From Syntrophales bacterium (GTDB taxonomy: Bacteria; Desulfobacterota; Syntrophia; Syntrophales; Fen-1087): a stretch of 64,000 nt of DNA. The DNA lies in assembly GCA_034678725.1 (NCBI GenBank), contig JAXDBM010000045.1:6321-70320 (forward strand), given 5' to 3'. Below, piece by piece: positions 1 through 9,498 of the stretch (position 1 is the stretch's first letter; each line of letters begins with the position of its first letter). The translations under genes were made by a program, and so were the position numbers. The notes under the pieces are model-generated. The model searched no databases, had not been told where the DNA came from, and saw only the letters and a program-made list of their open reading frames with translations.

Positions 1-2
1 AA

Positions 3-104
3 AACGGCGGCAAGCCATGGAAGTATATCCTCATCCCGCACAACGCCGTCATGTTCAATATGAGCTTCAAAAAGATGCGGCGGGAATTTGAGGTAAGGGC
101 TTGA
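3..104 (+). CDS. 3' end of a gene truncated by the window edge (tail NGGKPWKYILIPHNAVMFNMSFKKMRREFEVRA*). It is reminiscent of restriction-enzyme/helicase C-termini but too short to assign.
   Basis: Frame 3 is open from the window edge to TGA 102-104 and is followed by an abrupt AT-rich spacer. Confidence 0.3.
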   Translation, partial: NGGKPWKYILIPHNAVMFNMSFKKMRREFEVRA

Positions 105-111
105 TAAATAT

Positions 112-140
112 TTGACAAATTGCAAGTCGCAATCATTATA
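112..140 (+). promoter_or_regulatory. Sigma70-like promoter (TTGACA-17 nt-ATTATA)
   Basis: TTGACA at 112-117, a 17-nt spacer containing the dyad ATTGC..GCAAT, and ATTATA at 135-140. It lies about 150 nt upstream of the DUF554 gene in an AT-rich spacer. Confidence 0.45.
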
Positions 141-286
141 AAGCAAATACTTTTTCAAAAATTATCTTCATTATCTCAATCCAGCCGAGGTTTTCGATTG
201 CCGTGTAACTGAAAGGCAATAAAGTATTTGCAATCGATGCCGCATCTGCATATGATGCCTCCGAAAACAGTGTGGGGGCGTCATTC

Positions 287-961
287 ATGACCGGAACCCT
301 CGTCAACAGCGGCGCCATCCTCGCCGGAAGCCTTGTCGGCCTTGCCGTGGGAAGGCACATTTCCGAACGGCTCAAAACCATCGTCATGCAGGCCCTTGGG
401 CTGTCCGTGATGTTGATTGGCCTGCAGATGGCGCTCACCGGCAAGGATATCATCATGACGATCGGCTGCCTGCTCATCGGCGCCGTGACCGGCGAAGTGA
501 TCAACATCGAAAATTGGCTGGAGCGCATGGCGGAGCGGCTCAAGGCGCGCTTCCGGTCCGATTCCTCCACCTTCGTGCAGGGATTCGTTTCCGCATCGCT
601 CCTGTATCTGACGGGGGCGATGATGATCGTCGGCTCCATTCAGGATGGAACGGTGGGAGATCCCCACACGCTGTATGTCAAATCGCTCCTCGACGGCGTG
701 GCGTCCGTGGCCCTGGCCTCGTCTCTGGGCGTCGGTGTCGCCTTTTCCGCGGTTGCCGTTCTGATCGTGCAGGGGGCGATCACCCTCATGGCCGGACAGC
801 TTCTCTTTCTGCGGAGTCCCGCCGTTCTCGATGCCGTTGCGGCCACCGGCGGTGTGCTGATCCTGGCCATCGGCATCAATCTTCTCGATTTGAAGCAGAT
901 TCGGGTCGGCAATCTGCTGCCGGCGGTCTTTTTTGCCATTGCCTGGGCGGCGCTGCGGTAA
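287..961 (+). CDS. DUF554 (YqgA/YdfK-like) integral membrane protein
   Basis: The N-terminus MTGTLVNSGAILAGSLVGLAVG and a Gly/Ala/Leu-rich multi-TM profile fit the family. The track ORF starts at GTG 272, but ATG 287 fits the family N-terminus better. Confidence 0.7.
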   Translation: MTGTLVNSGAILAGSLVGLAVGRHISERLKTIVMQALGLSVMLIGLQMALTGKDIIMTIGCLLIGAVTGEVINIENWLERMAERLKARFRSDSSTFVQGFVSASLLYLTGAMMIVGSIQDGTVGDPHTLYVKSLLDGVASVALASSLGVGVAFSAVAVLIVQGAITLMAGQLLFLRSPAVLDAVAATGGVLILAIGINLLDLKQIRVGNLLPAVFFAIAWAALR

Positions 962-973
962 GCAAGGAGTCCC

Positions 974-2584
974 ATGAGCAGGGAATACGACATTCTCATC
1001 GCGGGAGGCACCGTTTACGACGGGCTGGGAAATCCGGGCCGGCCGCTCGATGTGGCCATTCGGGGTGAAAAAATCCATCGGATCGCGGAACGGCTGGACC
1101 GGTCCCGGGCGGAGAGCGTCATCGAGGCGGACGGACTTTCCGTATCGCCCGGGTTCATCGATCCGCACAGCCACACAGATATCGAGCTGCTCGTCAATCC
1201 CAAGGCCGAGAGCAAGATCCGGCAGGGGATCACGACGGAGATTTCAGGAAACTGCGGGTTCAGCGTATTTCCGCTCAGCGATCTCAATTACGAGGAGCGA
1301 AAGAGGTACACCGAGGAAAAGTTCAAGGTCGACGTCAACTGGCGGGACATCGGTGGATTTTTCCGTCGCCTGGAGGAGCGGGGTCTGGCCCTGAATTACG
1401 CCACGCTGGTTGGTCACGGCACCATTCGGAGCGCCGCCTTCGGCCATGAGGACCGGCCCCCCACGGAGCGGGAAATGGCCGCCATGAAACGTATGGTCCG
1501 GGAGAGCATGGAGGCGGGGGCAATCGGGTTGTCCACGGGGTTGATCTACACCCCGGGCTGCTTTGCCCAGACGGAAGAGATCATCGAGCTGTGCCGGGAA
1601 GTGGCGGCTTACCGCGGCATCTACGCCACCCACATGCGCAACGAGGGGGACTGCCTCATTGAGTCCGTCGAGGAAGCGATCCGGATCGCCCATGAGGCGA
1701 AGGTCAGCCTGCAGATCTCCCACCTGAAACTGGCATACCCGCGAAACTGGTCCAAGCTGCATTCGGTCCTGTCCCGCATTTCGGAAGTCAAGGCACAGGG
1801 GATGGAGATCCTGGCGGACCGTTATCCCTACACGGCCACATCGACGCTTCTGAACACGTTCATCCCGCGGTGGGTTCAGCAGGGCTCGACCGATGAATAC
1901 CTGTCAAGATTAAGGGACCCGTCCCTGGAGGAGAAGATCCGGGAGTTTGTCAAAATCCAGGAGGAAAAGGTCGGCTCCTGGGATAACGTCTTCATTTCGT
2001 CGGTCCTCACCCACGGAAATCAGCAGCTTGTGGGGAAGAGCATCAAGCAGGCCGCCGCGGAAACGGGGAAGGAGCCCTATGCTCTGATCCGTGATCTGCT
2101 CATCGACGAAGAGGACCAGGTCTGGATGATCAATTTTTCCCTCAGCGAGGACAATTTCAGACGGATCATCGCTCATCCGCTCGTAGTGATCGGTTCCGAC
2201 GGGTGGGCGCTGGCGCCTTACGGAACCCTGGGGCGGGACAAGCCCCATCCGCGTTCCTACGGGACTTTCCCCCGGATGCTGGGCCGCTATGTCCGCGATG
2301 AGAACCTTTTGTCTCCGGGCATCGCCATTGAAAAGATGACCTCGATGACCGCCAGGAAATTCGGCCTGAGGGGCCGGGGACAGATTCGGGAGGGGTTTTT
2401 TGCGGACGTCGTTGTCTTCGATCCCTACAACATCATCGATCTGTCGAGCTGGACGGACCCGCATCAGTTCGGGCGTGGGATCGAGCATGTCATCGTCAAC
2501 GGCCGGATCGTCATCCGCGAGGGGGAGCACACCGGCGCCCTGCCGGGGAAGGTTCTGAAGAAGATCGATCGAATCACCATCTGA
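974..2584 (+). CDS. N-acyl-D-amino-acid deacylase (D-aminoacylase) family amidohydrolase
   Basis: DILIAGGTVYDG, then the metal motif IDPHSHTD, in a 536-aa protein. AAGGAG RBS at 964-969. Confidence 0.8.
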   Translation: MSREYDILIAGGTVYDGLGNPGRPLDVAIRGEKIHRIAERLDRSRAESVIEADGLSVSPGFIDPHSHTDIELLVNPKAESKIRQGITTEISGNCGFSVFPLSDLNYEERKRYTEEKFKVDVNWRDIGGFFRRLEERGLALNYATLVGHGTIRSAAFGHEDRPPTEREMAAMKRMVRESMEAGAIGLSTGLIYTPGCFAQTEEIIELCREVAAYRGIYATHMRNEGDCLIESVEEAIRIAHEAKVSLQISHLKLAYPRNWSKLHSVLSRISEVKAQGMEILADRYPYTATSTLLNTFIPRWVQQGSTDEYLSRLRDPSLEEKIREFVKIQEEKVGSWDNVFISSVLTHGNQQLVGKSIKQAAAETGKEPYALIRDLLIDEEDQVWMINFSLSEDNFRRIIAHPLVVIGSDGWALAPYGTLGRDKPHPRSYGTFPRMLGRYVRDENLLSPGIAIEKMTSMTARKFGLRGRGQIREGFFADVVVFDPYNIIDLSSWTDPHQFGRGIEHVIVNGRIVIREGEHTGALPGKVLKKIDRITI

Positions 2585-2590
2585 GGCCCG

Positions 2591-4273
2591 TCAGGCGATC
2601 TTCAGCACCATCAAGGTGATGTCGTCGAACTGGGCTTTGCCGTCCGCGAAACGCATCACGTCGTTCTGGATTTTCTCGATCAGGTCTTTCGACGACAGCG
2701 TCCCGTTCGAGCGGATTGTCTGAACGAGCCTTTCCAGACCGAAAAGCTCGTTCCGGTCGTTGATGGCTTCCGTGATGCCGTCCGTGTACAGGACCAGGGT
2801 GTCGCCGGGAAGGAGGTCGATGCTGGCTTCCCGCAGCTCGATCTGACGGTTGATTCCCAGGGCGATTCCCCCCGTCTTCAACTGCTTCACTTCCTCCAAT
2901 CCCTTTCTGAACAGGAGCGGCGGATTGTGCCCGGCGTTCACGTAACGAAGGTGTTTCCAGCGGGTGTTGAGGACGGCGTAGAAGAGGGTCACGAACATGC
3001 CGGAGGTTGAATCCCGGCAGATGAGTTCGTTGGCTTTCCGGATGGCGTCGGCCGGCGCGAGGTCCCCGGCGGCGCTGGCCCGAAGGATCGTCCTGGACAG
3101 GCCCATGAACATGGCGGCGGGCATACCCTTCCCGGACACGTCGGCGATGGCGAAGCCCCAGTTGTCGTCCGTCACGGGGATGAAATCGTAGAAGTCGCCC
3201 CCCACTTCCCGAGCCGGTTCGTTGTGCGCGGCGATGTCGACGCCCGTGATGGAAGGGGACGACTGGGGGAGAAGACGCTGCTGCAGGCCGCGTGCGATTT
3301 CGAGTTCCTTGAGCAGACCCTCCTTCTCCGCCGTGGTGCACTGAAGCTCCTCCACGTGAATTTTCAGGTCTGTGGTCATCCGGTTGAAGGAATCGGCCAG
3401 TGTCTCCAGTTCATCGCCGGTTTTCACGTTGACCTGATACTCCATGTCCCCCCGCCCCAGGGCCTTGACGCCCCGGATCAGGGCGACGATGGGGTCCGTG
3501 ATCATCATGGACAGGAAATAGGAGATGCCGGCAACAATGAAGATCATCGCCAGCAGAATGGCGACGAACGTGTTCCGGATGTTGCGGATGCTCTCGTCCA
3601 TCTGCTCGTTGATGACCCGTGTGGACTCCGCGATCTGCTGCTTCGTCAGGTTGGCCGGTTTTGAAAACTCGTCGATATAGGTGGTGGCGGATACCACGAA
3701 CCGGGTTCCTTCGACGGGGGCCATATACATGAATTTTTTCCGGATGCTCCGGTCCGGATCCTGCCAGTCGTAATAGCCGCCTCCGGGCGTGCCGTCCAGG
3801 GACTTTTCGAACAGGGCCCAGAAATCGGGGAGTTTTTCCTTCCAGTTGTGCATGTCGAAATTGATGAGCTGGGGATTGATGTGAAACCGCATGATGCCGG
3901 TGCGCTTCTCGTAGACGATGGTGTATCCGGTTTCGCCGACCGGCTGAACGGCGATCTTCTGAAATTCCGGATGGTCCTGAAGCTCTCGAGTGGACAGGCC
4001 GGGGTGCGCATCCATGAAAATCCGGCACTGCAGGGCCACGTCGATGGCCTTCTGGCGGAGGATCTCCGCACCCAGGGACTCCAGCGCCTTGGTGCTGTCG
4101 TTTGCCGCGCTGTTCCCCACCGATGTGCTGCTTTCCAGAACAAAGCGGCTGATCTGCCGGATGTCCCGGAAGGAAACATAACCGAAAACGAGCAGCGGGA
4201 TGATGGAGAGGCCCAGGAAAACCAGGAGGATTTTGGTTCGGATCCTGAATCGCGGGTTGGGTGTCTGATCCAT
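2591..4273 (-). CDS. Membrane sensor PP2C phosphatase (Cache-like periplasmic domain + HAMP + SpoIIE/RsbU-type PP2C)
   Basis: N-terminal TM, about 200 aa of extracytoplasmic segment, second TM, HAMP (DELETLADSFNRMTTDL), and C-terminal PP2C motifs GGDFYDF, DVSGKG, LYTDGITEA. Confidence 0.85.
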   Translation of the reverse strand: MDQTPNPRFRIRTKILLVFLGLSIIPLLVFGYVSFRDIRQISRFVLESSTSVGNSAANDSTKALESLGAEILRQKAIDVALQCRIFMDAHPGLSTRELQDHPEFQKIAVQPVGETGYTIVYEKRTGIMRFHINPQLINFDMHNWKEKLPDFWALFEKSLDGTPGGGYYDWQDPDRSIRKKFMYMAPVEGTRFVVSATTYIDEFSKPANLTKQQIAESTRVINEQMDESIRNIRNTFVAILLAMIFIVAGISYFLSMMITDPIVALIRGVKALGRGDMEYQVNVKTGDELETLADSFNRMTTDLKIHVEELQCTTAEKEGLLKELEIARGLQQRLLPQSSPSITGVDIAAHNEPAREVGGDFYDFIPVTDDNWGFAIADVSGKGMPAAMFMGLSRTILRASAAGDLAPADAIRKANELICRDSTSGMFVTLFYAVLNTRWKHLRYVNAGHNPPLLFRKGLEEVKQLKTGGIALGINRQIELREASIDLLPGDTLVLYTDGITEAINDRNELFGLERLVQTIRSNGTLSSKDLIEKIQNDVMRFADGKAQFDDITLMVLKIA

Positions 4274-4298
4274 CGGGTGAATTTCTCTTCCGGGCCCT

Positions 4299-5255
4299 TT
4301 ACAGGTTCAGCGTCTGCCACCGGGTTTCCTGGTCCAGGCGGTAATAGGCCCTTCTCCGGCCATCCGGCATCTTGCGGAGGACAAAGTCGTTGACCACGTA
4401 TCCCCGCGCGAGGTAGTGCATGAACAGCGCCCGGCATTTGTCCCGAAGGGCCTGGGCCTTGGCGCGGTCGGCCTGGAGGAGGCGGTCCTGGGCATAGGGG
4501 ATTTCCACGAACAGGGGGGACAGGCGCGCCTTGATCATCCACTTTTCCCCGTGGCGCTCCAGCCCCTGCTCGTCGAGTTCGATTTCGTTGACGATGCTTT
4601 CCGGCGTCATCTGCGACTCGTCGAAATCCGGAATGATGCCCTTGACCATTCGATCGATGACACGCTCCGAGCCGATTTCCCAATCCACCACGAACCGGTC
4701 CGTGGAAATGCCGCGGTTGAACTGGTCGTTGGTGAAGACGGCGCTGTAATAGTTGAACCCGATTTCCCGGACCAGCCCGCCCATCCGGCGCAGGTAGATG
4801 TAGCCGTTTCGGGACTGGAGGGGGTCGTAGGTCCAGCGGATTCTCGGAATCCGGCTTTCCCGGGCACAGGCGTAGAGATGGTTCACCAGGATTTCGCCGA
4901 TGTTCTTGTCCTGGTAGCGCTGGTCCACGCCCATCCGGGCGCCGTACCAGAAGGGACCGTTGTGGTCGAAATCGGCGAAGCAGACCAGAAAGGCGATGGG
5001 GTGATCCGCCCCGTACCAGGGGTCCTGCTCGGCCATGGCCGCGCGCTCTTCCGGGGAGTAGATCCCGTCGTCGAATGCGGTCAGCACGAGGCCGTTGGTG
5101 AGGTAGGCCAGTTCGAAGTACAGCATGGGCGCATTGACCTCCCGGTACCCTTCGCGCTTCCATACCCGCTTCTCCAGCTCGACGACGTCATTGAGGACCG
5201 ATGCCCTCAAGTACCGCTCCACTCGGATTTTCGGGTTCTTTTCTTCGCCCTTCAT
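4299..5255 (-). CDS. Uncharacterised 318-aa protein with a GNAT-like acetyl-CoA-binding segment
   Basis: Protein-like composition. It contains RYQDKNIGEILVNHLYACARE, which resembles GNAT motif A. It is tightly packed between the RsbW-like kinase and the PP2C genes (gaps of 21 and 25 nt). Confidence 0.4.
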   Translation of the reverse strand: MKGEEKNPKIRVERYLRASVLNDVVELEKRVWKREGYREVNAPMLYFELAYLTNGLVLTAFDDGIYSPEERAAMAEQDPWYGADHPIAFLVCFADFDHNGPFWYGARMGVDQRYQDKNIGEILVNHLYACARESRIPRIRWTYDPLQSRNGYIYLRRMGGLVREIGFNYYSAVFTNDQFNRGISTDRFVVDWEIGSERVIDRMVKGIIPDFDESQMTPESIVNEIELDEQGLERHGEKWMIKARLSPLFVEIPYAQDRLLQADRAKAQALRDKCRALFMHYLARGYVVNDFVLRKMPDGRRRAYYRLDQETRWQTLNL

Positions 5256-5276
5256 GACGATGCCGCCCGCTTCATG

Positions 5277-5726
5277 CTAAGCCCTTTGCGGAGACGCGGC
5301 CGTACCGTCGTTCCGGTCCGGCGCTGTCTGAAATGCGAGGCTCAAAATGTTTTTTTCGCTCTCCCTGCGGTAGGTCATCCGGTCGGCCATGTTTCGCATG
5401 AGGTAAACGCCCAGCCCGCCGACCTTCCGGTCGGTGATGCAGGCCGTCAACTCCGGCGCCGGATAGGCGCAGGCGTCAAAGGGAATGCCCGAGTCGATAA
5501 TCTCGATCAGGCATTCCCGGCCGTCCGTGATCCGGCAGCGAACCTCAACATCTCCCGGATTTTGTCGATAAGCGTAGCGGCAGACATTCACCAGGGCTTC
5601 TTCGAGGGCCAGTTCGATCCTCGCGGTCTGCGGCCGGGGGATGCCGCTGGATTCAAGCCAGCCCGATACCTGGGCGAGGATTTTTTCCAGGTTGGAGAGG
5701 CTGGCCGGCAAGGTTATCGTCAGCAT
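5277..5726 (-). CDS. RsbW/SpoIIAB-like anti-sigma-type serine kinase (HATPase_c)
   Basis: EEALVNVCRYAY (N-box), IIDSGIPFD, VGGLGVYLMRNMAD (G-boxes), 149 aa. Confidence 0.8.
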   Translation of the reverse strand: MLTITLPASLSNLEKILAQVSGWLESSGIPRPQTARIELALEEALVNVCRYAYRQNPGDVEVRCRITDGRECLIEIIDSGIPFDACAYPAPELTACITDRKVGGLGVYLMRNMADRMTYRRESEKNILSLAFQTAPDRNDGTAASPQRA

Positions 5727-5744
5727 GGGTTTGGAGTATGAATG

Positions 5745-6077
5745 TCAAAGGGACGCCAGGGCGGCTTCCCGGTCGTCAAATATCGGGAAGATCGTGTCGA
5801 ATCCCGAAATCTCGAACACTTCCTTGACGGCCCCGGACAGGTGAACCAGCAGGATCTCCCCGTTGAGGCTTTCCAGTTTCTTTGCGTTTGCGAGGATTGT
5901 CTGCAGCCCGGCGCTGCTGATGTACTCCAGATCGCGGAAGTCGATGATGATCCGGGTCGCCCCTTCCGCGATGAGGGTTTCCAGCCGCTTGTCGAACTGG
6001 GGCGCCGTGACGGCATCCATCCGGCCGGCCGCGGAAATGATGGCTGCCTTTTCCGTGTTTGTGACCGTCATCTGCAT
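5745..6077 (-). CDS. STAS-domain anti-anti-sigma factor (RsbV/SpoIIAA-like)
   Basis: 110 aa with the conserved phosphorylatable-serine motif DLEYISSAGL. Confidence 0.85.
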   Translation of the reverse strand: MQMTVTNTEKAAIISAAGRMDAVTAPQFDKRLETLIAEGATRIIIDFRDLEYISSAGLQTILANAKKLESLNGEILLVHLSGAVKEVFEISGFDTIFPIFDDREAALASL

Positions 6078-6242
6078 GGTCTCACCCTCCTGAGTCTTTT
6101 CGGTCAGCGCCAGGGATCCTCGCCGGGGCAGGTAATCATCGGATCAGTCTGGACATTCCGCTATCACGGAATGAAGTGCCCGGTCAAGAAATACTTGTTA
6201 TCGCAATGAAACTGCCTTTCCCGAAAAGCCGCTCGCGTGGAA

Positions 6243-7196
6243 TCAACCGGATCGCTTCTGATAGAGGGGCTCTTCCCCCTTTTCCACTCTCCGAATATTT
6301 TCACGCACCGCTTTCATGATGCCCTCGATGGAAATGTCCGTGGAGCCGGCAATGTGGGGGGTCGCAAGGACATTGTATGCAAATATGGGATCGTCCGGAT
6401 CGACCGGCTCCTCCCAGAAGACGTCCAGGCCCGCTCCTGCAATCCGCTTCATGGCAAGCGCCTCCTCCAGCGCATCCCGGTCCACCAGGCCGCCTCTCGA
6501 CAGGTTGATCAAATAGGCATCCCGTTTCATGGCAAGGAATGCCTGCCGTCCCATGAGATGCCTGCTTTCAGCCGTCAGCGGGAGACAGAGCACCACATAG
6601 TCCGATCTTTTCAGGAGCGTCTCCATGTCCGCGGGCGTCCCGGCCCATTCCAGGCCAAGCTCCTCCTGTGCCTTCCGCGGCTCATGCCGCTTGATGCCGA
6701 TCAGACGAACGTCAAAGCTCCTGAGCCTTCTTGCCAGCGACCTGCCGATACCCCCGAGGCCGACGAGGCCCACGGTCTTTCCGCTTAAAGCGCGGCCCGG
6801 GGGCGTTCCCGTTTGCCTGTTGGCGAGGCTCAGGGCCATCCGCCGGAAGTTTCTCGACAGGCCGATCATCAAATAGATGCCCAGTTCGGCCACGGAATCG
6901 GCGTTTCCGGAAATATCCGACGGCACATTGGCCACCCGGATGTTCAAGCTTTGCGCGGCCTGAATGTCGACGGCTTCCAGCCCGGCCCCGCACTGTTGAA
7001 TGAGCTGAAGGCGGTCGGCCTCTTCCAGATGCTCTCTCCGGACGGCGCTCATCGTCGGGATGAGAACATCAAAGCCCCTCAGGCTGTCAAAGCCGAATCG
7101 CCCGCTGGCCACAAATTCGTGTTGGGGGAGTTCCTTCCGGATCAGCCCGAAAAATCCGCCCCAGGCGTTTTCCGGGGCCGCAAACAGAACTTTCAT
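6243..7196 (-). CDS. D-isomer-specific 2-hydroxyacid dehydrogenase family protein
   Basis: NAD fold GLVGLGGIGRSLARRL, then SRGGLVD and ATPHIAGST, in a 317-aa protein. Confidence 0.85.
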   Translation of the reverse strand: MKVLFAAPENAWGGFFGLIRKELPQHEFVASGRFGFDSLRGFDVLIPTMSAVRREHLEEADRLQLIQQCGAGLEAVDIQAAQSLNIRVANVPSDISGNADSVAELGIYLMIGLSRNFRRMALSLANRQTGTPPGRALSGKTVGLVGLGGIGRSLARRLRSFDVRLIGIKRHEPRKAQEELGLEWAGTPADMETLLKRSDYVVLCLPLTAESRHLMGRQAFLAMKRDAYLINLSRGGLVDRDALEEALAMKRIAGAGLDVFWEEPVDPDDPIFAYNVLATPHIAGSTDISIEGIMKAVRENIRRVEKGEEPLYQKRSG

Positions 7197-7354
7197 GATT
7201 CGTCCTCCGCTTGGCTTGTCGTCGTTGCGCGCACCATCTTATCAGACCTTTGCCGTTTGGATCAAAGAACTTCTTTCCGCGCGCGGCGACATTTTCTTTG
7301 ACATGCCGGATGCCGGGACCTTATATTGCAAATGCCTGAAAGGAGGGATCTGCC

Positions 7355-9448
7355 ATGAAGAAGTTTCTGGAACCGGAATCCGTCGCCCTCATCGGCGTGC
7401 CGAGACAGTCCGGACCCGGGTCTTACAACAACGCGGAGACCATGCTGCGCTACGGCTTCCGGGGCCGGATCTACCCGATCAATCCCAATGCCGCCACGAT
7501 CTGCGGCTTGAAGGCCTACCCCGCCGTCGGGGATGTGCCGGATACGGTTGATCTGGCCGTCATCTCCGTGGGGCGCGACCGCGTCATCCCGATGGTGGAG
7601 AAGTGCATTCAGGCGGGCATTCGGCGAATCGTCATCATCAGCCAGGGGTTTGCCGATGCCGATGCGGCCGGCCGGGACATGCAGGCCCGAATCGTGGCCA
7701 TGGGCCGGGAGAACGGAGTCCGAATCCTCGGGCCCAACACGATGGGGGTGGTGAACAACTTCAAAAGCTTTACGACGGCCTTCATCGACCTGGAACCGCC
7801 TCGCGACTTCCCGCCCGTCTCCCTGATCGCCCAGACCGGCGTCATCCAGGTGGCCGCTCAGAACATGGCTTATCGGAACTGGGGCAAGGCGATCGACATC
7901 GGCAACGGAGCCGATCTCGACGTGGTGGATGCCCTGGAATACCTGACGGACGATCCCGAAACGAAAGTCATCGCCTTGTACCTTGAAGGCGTCAGCCGGG
8001 GCCGCGCATTTCTGGAGGCAGCCTCCCGGGCGGCCCTCTCCAAACCGGTCCTTGTCTTCAAGTCGGGCCGAAGCCGGGCCGGGGCCCGGGCAGCCCTGTC
8101 GCATACGGGATCCCTCGTGGGGGAGGACCGTGTTTTCGATGCGGCGTTCCGGCGTACGGGCGTCCTGCGGGTCAACAGCGGCATGGAGCTCAAAGACGCC
8201 ATACGCGCCCTTTTGCTCCTAGGGGAGATGAAGGGGCCCCGTCTTGGCGTCCTGACCATCACCGGGGCCGGAGGGATCATGGTGGCCGATGCCTGCGAGG
8301 ATTTCGGCCTCACCCTGGCACGGCTGCCGGAAGGCCTTGCCGAGACTTTGCAGAAAGGGATTCCGGACTGGATCCACATCGGCAATCCCATCGACATCTG
8401 GCCGGTGGGGATGATCGGCGGGGACTACCCCGGAGTCTTCGGCCTCTCCCTGGAGGCGCTCTTGCGATCCCCCGAAGTGGACGGTGCTGTGGTCATCCTC
8501 CCCGTCACCAATTCCCCCCTGCACGCGAACCTGAACATGGAGAACGTGGTGGCCCAAGTCCGCCGGCAGGCGGGCAACAGCAAACCCGTTGCCCTGTGGC
8601 CCTATATCGACACGGACGCCTTCATCGACCGTTACGAGGCCATACCGGGTGTTGCCTGTTTCGACACCATCGAGCAGGCGGTCCAGGGACTTTCCTTCTG
8701 CCATCGTTACCATCTGGCAAAAACGCGCGGCATCCCCGTTCAGAAACGGTTTTCTTATGATCATGAAGCCCTGGAGCCGATCCTGCGCAAGGGACGGCAG
8801 GACCGCGTCCTCCTGGGGGAGGATGCCATGTCGCTCCTGAAATTTTTCGGGATACCCACTGCCGGCGGGGCCATGGCCGCAAGCGGTCAGGACCTCCCGG
8901 CCGCCGCCGCCGCCCTCCGCTATCCCCTGGTGCTGAAGCTTTCGGGGCGGGCCTTCCTCCACAAGAGCGAATGGGGAGGCGTTGTCACGGGTATCCGGAA
9001 CGGGGAAGAATTGCGGTCGGCCTATGAGGAGATGATGCGGGAGGTCCGGGAGCGCGATCCGGGTGTTGCCGTGGAGGCTGTCCAGGTTCAGGAGCAGATT
9101 CGGGGGAGGGAGCTTCTCATGGGATTGAAGCGGGATCCCCAGTTCGGTCCGGTCATCGCCTGCGGCATGGGGGGCATCCATGCGGAGATCCTGAAAGACG
9201 TGAACCAGTCCATCGTTCCCATCGATCAGGCGGAGGCCCTGCACATGCTGACTTCGCTCAAGATGTTCCCGCTTCTGAAAGGCGTTCGCGGCGAGGCTTC
9301 CGCAGACCTGACAGCTCTGGCGGACTGCCTGGAGCGTCTGTCGTTTCTTGCGCAGGAAATGCCGGATATCGTGGAGCTGGATCTGAATCCGGTCATGGCC
9401 ATGCTGAAGGGATGCGCTGTCGTGGACGCAAGAATCTTGTGGGAGTGA
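7355..9448 (+). CDS. ADP-forming acetyl/acyl-CoA synthetase (CoA-binding + ligase-CoA + ATP-grasp fusion)
   Basis: N-terminal PESVALIGV...YPINP CoA-binding domain, GPNTMG, and a C-terminal ATP-grasp half (YPLVLKL). 697 aa. Confidence 0.85.
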   Translation: MKKFLEPESVALIGVPRQSGPGSYNNAETMLRYGFRGRIYPINPNAATICGLKAYPAVGDVPDTVDLAVISVGRDRVIPMVEKCIQAGIRRIVIISQGFADADAAGRDMQARIVAMGRENGVRILGPNTMGVVNNFKSFTTAFIDLEPPRDFPPVSLIAQTGVIQVAAQNMAYRNWGKAIDIGNGADLDVVDALEYLTDDPETKVIALYLEGVSRGRAFLEAASRAALSKPVLVFKSGRSRAGARAALSHTGSLVGEDRVFDAAFRRTGVLRVNSGMELKDAIRALLLLGEMKGPRLGVLTITGAGGIMVADACEDFGLTLARLPEGLAETLQKGIPDWIHIGNPIDIWPVGMIGGDYPGVFGLSLEALLRSPEVDGAVVILPVTNSPLHANLNMENVVAQVRRQAGNSKPVALWPYIDTDAFIDRYEAIPGVACFDTIEQAVQGLSFCHRYHLAKTRGIPVQKRFSYDHEALEPILRKGRQDRVLLGEDAMSLLKFFGIPTAGGAMAASGQDLPAAAAALRYPLVLKLSGRAFLHKSEWGGVVTGIRNGEELRSAYEEMMREVRERDPGVAVEAVQVQEQIRGRELLMGLKRDPQFGPVIACGMGGIHAEILKDVNQSIVPIDQAEALHMLTSLKMFPLLKGVRGEASADLTALADCLERLSFLAQEMPDIVELDLNPVMAMLKGCAVVDARILWE

Positions 9449-9498
9449 AACGCAGCCTTGGTGCAGGCTCCCCGTTATCCGTAAAGGGAAAGCGAAAG

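Noticed and set aside
3646-5163. 505-aa minus-strand ORF in an alternative frame over the PP2C and GNAT-like genes
   Set aside because: It overlaps two genes with clear domain motifs but in another frame. It is Pro/Arg/Gly-rich.
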